Origin: Craspedostauros australis
Lineage: Eukaryota
Reading direction: 5' to 3'
Length of the DNA: 35,404 nucleotides
Assembly (NCBI GenBank): GCA_030167865.1
Contig: JALAGF010003106.1
Location: 1-35,404 of the forward strand
Shown: piece by piece, positions 29,528-35,404 of the stretch
Layout: each line of letters starts with the position of its first letter
How positions within the stretch are numbered: the stretch's first letter is position 1
Program-made: the position numbers and the translations under genes
Notes under the pieces: generated by a model
What the model was told of the DNA's origin: nothing
The model's input: the letters and a program-made list of their open reading frames with translations, nothing else
The model's database searches: none

Positions 29528-31272
29528 ATGAGCAGCAGGGGACGGCAGCGAGGCGGAGGCAGCACGAGCAGCAGCACTGCGAGAATCGCCAGCAGCAGGG
29601 GGCGGCAGCGAGGAGGAGACAGCGAGAGCACCACCACCGCAACCGTTGCAAGCAGCAGAGGAAGGCAACGAGGCAGAGGCAGCTTGAGTAGCAGCACCGC
29701 GAGCATCGCAAGCAGCGAGAGCAGCAACACCGCAACAATCGCAAGCAGCAGGAGACCGCGGCGAGGCAGAGGCAGCGAGAGCACCACCACCGCAAGTATC
29801 GCAAGCAGCAGAGGGCTGCAGCGAGGTGGAGGCGGCAAGAGCACCACCACCGCAACAATCGCAAGCAGCAGGAGACCACGGCGAGGCAGAGGCAGCGAGA
29901 GCACCACCACCGCAAGTATCGCAAGCAGCGAGAGCAGCAACACCGCAACAATTGCAAGCAGCAGGGGACCGCAGCGAGCTGGAGGCGGCGAGAGCACCAC
30001 CACCGCGACCATTGCAAGCAGCAGACGGCTGCCGCGAGGCAGAGGCGGTGAGAGCGCCACCACCACGAGCATTGCAAGCAGCAGACGGCTGCCGCGAGGC
30101 AGAGGCAGCGAGAGCACCACCACTGCAAGCAGCAAGAGCAGCAACACTGCAACAATTGCAAGCAACAGGGGACCGCGGCGAGCCGGAGGCGGCGAGAGCA
30201 CCACCACCGCAACCATCACAAGCACCAGAGGAAGGCAGCATGATGGAGGCAGCGAGGGCAGCAGCACGGCAACCCAGACATCAACCGAAACCGATTTCTT
30301 GGGGCACGGTGAAGTGCTCACACTTGGCCTCAAGTATGCCGGTTTCCGTCAGGAAAAGATGGCAGATCGCACGATGCAGACTCGCTTTGCTGCAACGTAC
30401 GGACTGTGCCCTGAAAGCTTTGCTTCCCTCTTCGTGGATCTCTTCAACAGCCAAACGGCACAATTCAAACGTCCGCGTCCGCGCGATCTCTTTGTTGTCT
30501 TGAACTGGCTGAAAACATACTGCACAGAGCATGTGATGGCTGGCCGATGGAATTTGGATGAGAAGACTATCCGTGGTCTCATCTGGTCGTACTTGCCAGC
30601 TATTCAAGCCCTGCTGCCACAAAAGGCAAGTGTGACAAAGGGAATCTTGTGCTGGAATGCTTCTTTCATTTCCTTCTCTCGAACGAACTCTCTCACATGT
30701 TTCTCTTCTTTCTTTTCATTCTGGTACACCATCAATAGGTCATCTGGCCGCCAAACACAACAGAACTTGCAGGAGACGATAAACACTTCATCATCACTGT
30801 TGATGGTGTTCACATCAGGATCCAAGAACCACGGATGGACCCAGGAACCAAGTGGTACTCTCACAAGTCTCACTCAGCTGGTTTGACGTATGAGCTCGGG
30901 ATATCCCTGGCAGAGAGCAAGCTGGTGTGGATCAATGGGCCATTTCCAGCTTCCACTTCAGATCTGGTGATGTATCGCAAGCCAGATGGTCTCAAATCCA
31001 AGATCCCACCGAATGCCCTGGTAATTGCTGATGGGGGGTACAACAATGAGCCTACAATCAGTGCCCCAAATCCGTGTGATTCTGCTGCTGTGAGGAAGTT
31101 CAAGAATCGAGCAAGAGCACGGCATGAGAGCTTTAACGGAAGAATCAAGAACTTCCAAGCACTTGCGAATGGGTACCGCAATCAACTGAGCAAGCATCAG
31201 TGCCTATTTGAGGCCTGCTGTGTTTTGATTCAGTACGAACTCGACCATGGCCATCCAATATTTGACATCTAA
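29528..31272 (+). CDS. PIF/Harbinger-like DDE transposase (DDE_Tnp_4-like), ~543 aa; join(29528..30625,30739..31272)
   Basis: The spliced frame gives ...RFAATYGLCP...LNWLKTY...AGRW...LLPQK|VIWPP...ITVDGVHIRIQEP...WYSHK...GLTYELGI...VWINGPFPAS.SD...VIADGGY...RARARHESFNGRIKNF. Putative catalytic D (VDG), D (ADGGY) and E (RHE) are intact. The start codon is uncertain. Confidence 0.85.
29531..30280 (+). repeat. T-poor 60-bp coding minisatellite (11 long units, one shortened, plus three 33-bp short units) in frame with the transposase
   Basis: Translates as (SSRGRQRGGDSESTTTATVA)-like units interspersed with SSESSNTATIA. Confidence 0.9.
30626..30738 (+). other. 113-nt intron in the transposase, probably GC-AG
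   Basis: AAG|GCAAGT donor, T/C-rich body, ctcac branch-like site and caatag|GTC acceptor. Removal joins the two transposase ORF halves in frame. Confidence 0.75.
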
Positions 31273-31344
31273 ACAACATGGGAGTCGAGTAGTAGGAACT
31301 AGTTGATTACTTATAGAATACTTCAATGTTTGCAACAGATTGCT

Positions 31345-31989
31345 TCATGCCTGGGAATAGAAGAGTTCGAGTGCCTCGTCAACACTCTCAGAATCAGTGT
31401 CACTGCTTGGAACACGTGTGTTGACTGCAAGATCAATCGATGCAAGATCAATTGATGCAAGCTTGCTGTCTTCTTCATGCTTGTCAGCCTTCATCTTCTT
31501 CGGGAGATTGTTGTGGCGCAGCACGGGATGAGAGCGCTTGAGGTGCTGCCCTTCGTCGCCCATGATTGTGTCTGTTGGGTTGCTCGAAGCTGCAGGGGCA
31601 CAGCAAGCAACAGTAGCAGGCGCCACTGTCGCAATTTTAACTGCTGCTGGTTCTTCCGCAGCGGGCTTCAGAGCATCTGCTGGCGCAAATGGCAATTGCA
31701 AGTCCAATGCATCGATGCCTTCCACAGTTTCAGCCGGATTCGCAGGAGCTGGATGGATGCCATTGTCATTGCTATAGACTGGGTCCGGACAAATTGGATA
31801 GATGCCATCATCATTGCTATGGACTGGGTCCGGACGACCTGGATGGATGACACCGCCATGGCTGAAGGTTTGGTTTGGCGTAGGGTCTTCTGGGCTCTCT
31901 GCGTAGCTTGAGACGTCGCTCATGCTCATGTTGTCATTTGCATCATGCCTGCCACTACCGGCGACGGTAAGCGATGCTGTGCGAATCAT
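31345..31989 (-). CDS. Hypothetical acidic, low-complexity 214-aa protein, convergent with the transposase
   Basis: The ORF ends 72 bp from the transposase stop. It has frame-preserving internal duplications (PDPVHSNDDGIYP / PDPVYSNDNGIHP; LASIDLASIDLA). Confidence 0.55.
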   Translation of the reverse strand: MIRTASLTVAGSGRHDANDNMSMSDVSSYAESPEDPTPNQTFSHGGVIHPGRPDPVHSNDDGIYPICPDPVYSNDNGIHPAPANPAETVEGIDALDLQLPFAPADALKPAAEEPAAVKIATVAPATVACCAPAASSNPTDTIMGDEGQHLKRSHPVLRHNNLPKKMKADKHEEDSKLASIDLASIDLAVNTRVPSSDTDSESVDEALELFYSQA

Positions 31990-32120
31990 GACAGTTTGGG
32001 TGCGTGCACGTCAATGAAGAAAGAGCAGTTGGTGTTTGTTTGTGAGTAATCAGTCTAATTTGATGTTACTACAATGGTAGAGCAAAGCACAGGTCAATCA
32101 GGTCGAATCAAATGCTCGTT

Positions 32121-33233
32121 TTACGCACCGGCTTTGCCCATCATTGCGAAGAAATCGTCTTCACCCTCGCTGTGGTCTTCCTCGATGTCCACCTTTCCAT
32201 CGAATCCCTTGATCGCAACTTTCCAGTACACCACATTCATTGGAATTTGATATTCCATGTGGCTCTTGTGGTGGATGTGATGCTTTGCGATCGGTCGGTA
32301 CGTTTTCGCGAGGCGCTCTGGCTCGTTTCCAAAGTAGTTGGTGGAGAGCACCATGCCATCAGGGCAGATGAAGTAGGTGTACTTGGTCTCTGCACCTCTG
32401 TTGAGCTCTCTGTTGACGAGCTTGTTGAAGGCATTCTTTTCCCTCCCAATGTTGGGATCATGGTTCCCCTTCTTTGTGAGAAACATTGTTTGTGTGGATC
32501 TCTCGAGCATCACGGCTGGGACGCTTGGCTCCTCAATCTTGATAGAGATCCCATCATCGCACAGGGATGCCTTCACCTTCGTGACATCATCCTTGTCCAG
32601 AATGAACTTGCGGATGACAAGGCAGTCCAGGGAGCGGCCATCCAGCAGCACGTCATTGACACGATAGATGATCGTGTTGTCGGCATTCTGGAAAGGGCGG
32701 TCGAGGTCTATCTTGTACTCCATCCCAGCATGATCTTCGTTGGTGAAGTTGCTGGTGTCATCGCTGTTCTTCGCCATCTTGTTCTTGTATGAGCTGAAGT
32801 TGATCCTTCGTCTTTGTGGTGGTGAGGTTGTTGTCGATACTGTTGATATTGGTGCGGTTGGCACGGAAGTGGGAGGTGTTGATGCGACTGTTGGCGTGTC
32901 GATCGTCTCCTTGGCTGGTTTGTGATCTCCTCTGTCATTCTCCAGCTCAAGGGCCTCTCTGTGTGTTTGCTGTAGTGCCAAAAGGCCAGCTCGGTCCAGC
33001 CGTCTTCTGAGGTAGTACATTCGTTGGCGGCTGGCTTCGCGCAGATCAGAATTGCGCTTGCCATGGATGTGCTGATTGTCGTCACAGTGAGCTTTGAATG
33101 TGTCCAAGCGACTTGCTCCGAGCAAAAAATCCAACACAGAGAGATCGACTTCACGAGTCACCGACTTCTTATTTGAACGGCTGGGAGTTTTTTGGCGGGC
33201 GGACCGCGGCGCGGGAGAAGTAATCTGTTCCAT
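32121..33233 (-). CDS. Hypothetical 370-aa two-domain protein (helical/basic N-domain, P/T linker, beta-rich C-domain), putative transposon accessory protein
   Basis: Start chosen at cacacgATGgaa (MEQITSP...). The upstream extension in the ORF track looks non-coding. Amino-acid composition is natural from this ATG onward. Confidence 0.75.
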   Translation of the reverse strand: MEQITSPAPRSARQKTPSRSNKKSVTREVDLSVLDFLLGASRLDTFKAHCDDNQHIHGKRNSDLREASRQRMYYLRRRLDRAGLLALQQTHREALELENDRGDHKPAKETIDTPTVASTPPTSVPTAPISTVSTTTSPPQRRRINFSSYKNKMAKNSDDTSNFTNEDHAGMEYKIDLDRPFQNADNTIIYRVNDVLLDGRSLDCLVIRKFILDKDDVTKVKASLCDDGISIKIEEPSVPAVMLERSTQTMFLTKKGNHDPNIGREKNAFNKLVNRELNRGAETKYTYFICPDGMVLSTNYFGNEPERLAKTYRPIAKHHIHHKSHMEYQIPMNVVYWKVAIKGFDGKVDIEEDHSEGEDDFFAMMGKAGA

Positions 33234-33943
33234 CGTGTGCTGGAGTGTGGCGCAGAGTGTGGTGCCGAATGCGTTCTCTTGATTGGCTCCTGAATTTCTC
33301 TGCTGGTGGGTTTTGTGATGGTTCGGCAGAGTCCAATTTTGGCTGCCATTCAAACACCGACACCACCCACAGAAGAGCACGCAATGACACGAGGAAGAGA
33401 GGAAGAGATTTCTCTGTGTGCTGATGATGATCACTTCACACAAGACCATACCTACACAAACAATGACAGTGCCAAGTATAATACGAATGTGGTCCCACCA
33501 ACTTGGAGAAAGCAAGGCCAACTGTAATTCGAACAACCGGATGAGCAACACAAGCCAGGAGATTGAAATGCAACAGCACCATGTGCAAGGACATGGTCAG
33601 CAACGGACACACACGGAAACAGCACCATGGTCATGTGCAAATGCGGGTACAGGATAAACGGTATGTTGCACGGAAAGGTACCAGATGAAGCAACAATCTT
33701 GATACCAGTACCTTGGCAGCAACAGCAGAAGGTGCACCCAGGGCACCATTGCAACAACGCCAGCAAACTACATCGAATGGCATGGTGCGCATCCATGGTA
33801 TCCAAATTGGTGACATCGAGTGTTTTCAATGCAAGTCCATTGACACCGCAGCAAGACCATCATCACATACATCGTCTCTTCTTGGCACAGCCACCATCGC
33901 AACCCTCATCGTGAAAGCCTGGTGATCATCATCGCAAGACAGG

Positions 33944-34420
33944 ATGCCCATGAAATGGGCCGACGCAAAAGCAGTGCTGGAGAAGGACCTGAAGATGGGA
34001 GCCATCACACCAGAGATGACTCCCAAGCAGATATACGAAGGGAGGGTTGAGTTTGGCAGCATCAAGTACACCAACTTTCGGAACAATCTCAATCGACTAA
34101 GAAAGAAATGGAGGAAGTACGAAGAAGAAGCAAACAAAGCTGATGAAGCACTTGCAGCATTTGAACGGATGCACATCTCAACACCTCGTGCATCAAAGCT
34201 GCGATGGGATGGATCGGAAGCACAGCGAATGCTGAAGCAAGACATGCAAGATGATGCTGTGAAATGCCTCTCATCAAAGCAGGTCCACAACCTGCGAAAT
34301 TGCAATCAGGTCTTTCCGATCGATCAGTTTCGAAAGCACTTTCACGCAGCAAAGAGATCGAAGTATGAATCACTCTACTGGCAGCAGCGAAAGAACAACA
34401 GGAAGACGTCCAAGAAGTGA
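33944..34420 (+). CDS. 158-aa basic protein with two internal ~50-aa helical repeats, candidate DNA-binding accessory protein
   Basis: WADAKAVLEKDL...KQIYEGR...FRNNL and WDGSEAQRMLKQDM...KQVHNLR...FRKHF, with a K/R-rich C-terminus. Confidence 0.75.
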   Translation: MPMKWADAKAVLEKDLKMGAITPEMTPKQIYEGRVEFGSIKYTNFRNNLNRLRKKWRKYEEEANKADEALAAFERMHISTPRASKLRWDGSEAQRMLKQDMQDDAVKCLSSKQVHNLRNCNQVFPIDQFRKHFHAAKRSKYESLYWQQRKNNRKTSKK

Positions 34421-35404
34421 GGCCATTGCGCTCACGATCACTACCACACCCGGAGAAAATTAACAATAGTAGGAACTCAACACTCTGCATGTAATTAACT
34501 ATCAATCATCTTCAATGTATTTGGTTTCAGATATGATTGCTGGTTCTTGTTGTGTGTGTGCTGTGGTGTCCGTCTCTGTGCAGATCTGGGCGCGCGATGC
34601 ACCACACTCACTTGGCAAACCGATAGCACGAGTTGTACAGTTTTTAGATCTCCAGCGTGGGATTAGTCGTGTTGCGTAGCCCAGTCTGGAGCAAAATTGC
34701 AATCCATCCCAAAAACGCTTATGATGCTATATCGCAACACCACATCATCTACAATTAAAACTAAGTGTACCATGTGAACAACTCGTTGGTTGCGAATAAG
34801 AATATTGGACTTAAATTGAAATTGACTTCAAATTTAACATCATTTTGTTGCCAACGTGCGATTGTGTGTGGCGCAAAATTCTGGATGGGACCATGCTGCC
34901 GTTGCTTTGCCATCCAAGACGATGCCCATGAATGTCTCATTTCGTTCACTTGCACACCTCATTGTCTCCATATACCCCATTTGTATCCATCCCTGGCAAG
35001 CATGCACCAGTGTATCTCCCTTCAATCCGCATTGTCAGCTCACTGCTGAAAACCAACACCTTGACAATGAGGGTCGATCTTCACACAGCCGCTTCATCCG
35101 ACCATACCTCCTGTTCACAACCATCTATGTTCCTCCTCCCCCAAGCATCATACCTCGATCCCTGATTCATTGAGGGCATGTTGATGCATCCTCCAATGCC
35201 TCAGGATGTATCTCTGCATTTCAATTCATCCCGATGCTGGTACCATGGCCAGCTTTCTTTGTCTCGGAAATGCGACTGCCACATTTTCTTGATTTCCACC
35301 TCTCCCACTCAATCGAACCAATCCCCACTTCTCCACCCCATTCCCGACTTGATGATGAAGACATCTTATATGGGTCGTTTGGCAATGTGATGGATGTTCA
35401 CATG

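Larger units (their letters stand above)
29037..34420. mobile_element. PIF/Harbinger-like DNA transposon locus with putative accessory ORFs (boundaries not determined)
   Basis: DDE_Tnp_4-type transposase, an upstream short-period repeat array, three closely packed ORFs, and lower CpG density than host genes in the parts counted. No TIR or TSD was identified, so including the accessory ORFs is inference. Confidence 0.65.

Noticed and set aside
29235-30503. Overlapping long ORFs in other frames and strands (Cys/Leu-rich 325, 319 and 286 aa; 225 aa)
   Set aside because: These are artefacts of the T-poor minisatellite. Only the frame continuing into the transposase has support.
33234-33551. 106-aa hydrophobic N-terminal extension of the 476-aa ORF-track call
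   Set aside because: Non-ATG start, unnatural Cys/Leu-rich composition, and it lies in the probable divergent promoter region. The ATG at 33233 is preferred.
35234-35404. 57-codon frame open to the window edge (MLVPWPAFF...GNVMDVHM)
   Set aside because: Too short and no recognisable motif. It cannot be assessed without downstream sequence.

Overview
Eukaryotic nuclear DNA, most likely from a diatom. This is inferred from a DUF6824-type 'DVLCGRG' gene, a DDE_Tnp_4-like transposase and two predicted spliceosomal introns. The left 28 kb holds host genes: an intronless U2AF35/U2AF1 gene (-); an uninterrupted 14.9-kb ORF for a 4964-aa, mostly disordered modular protein with two 80-aa tandem arrays and about 44 copies of a short TL(F/A)(D/E)ALG motif; a 780-aa hyperacidic neighbour sharing two unnamed modules with it; an Elongin-B-like ubiquitin-fold gene whose ATG is split by an intron; a low-complexity 484-aa ORF; and a DUF6824 protein. 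From about 29.0 kb there is a compact, apparently CpG-poorer PIF/Harbinger-like locus. It has a 20-bp-period array with an invariant GTTGAAACTA core, a two-exon transposase (probable GC-AG intron, long Ser/Arg/Gly/Thr repeat extension) and three further closely packed ORFs of unknown function. I found no terminal inverted repeats or target-site duplication. All family assignments come from motif recognition by eye, not database searches, and all counts are manual.
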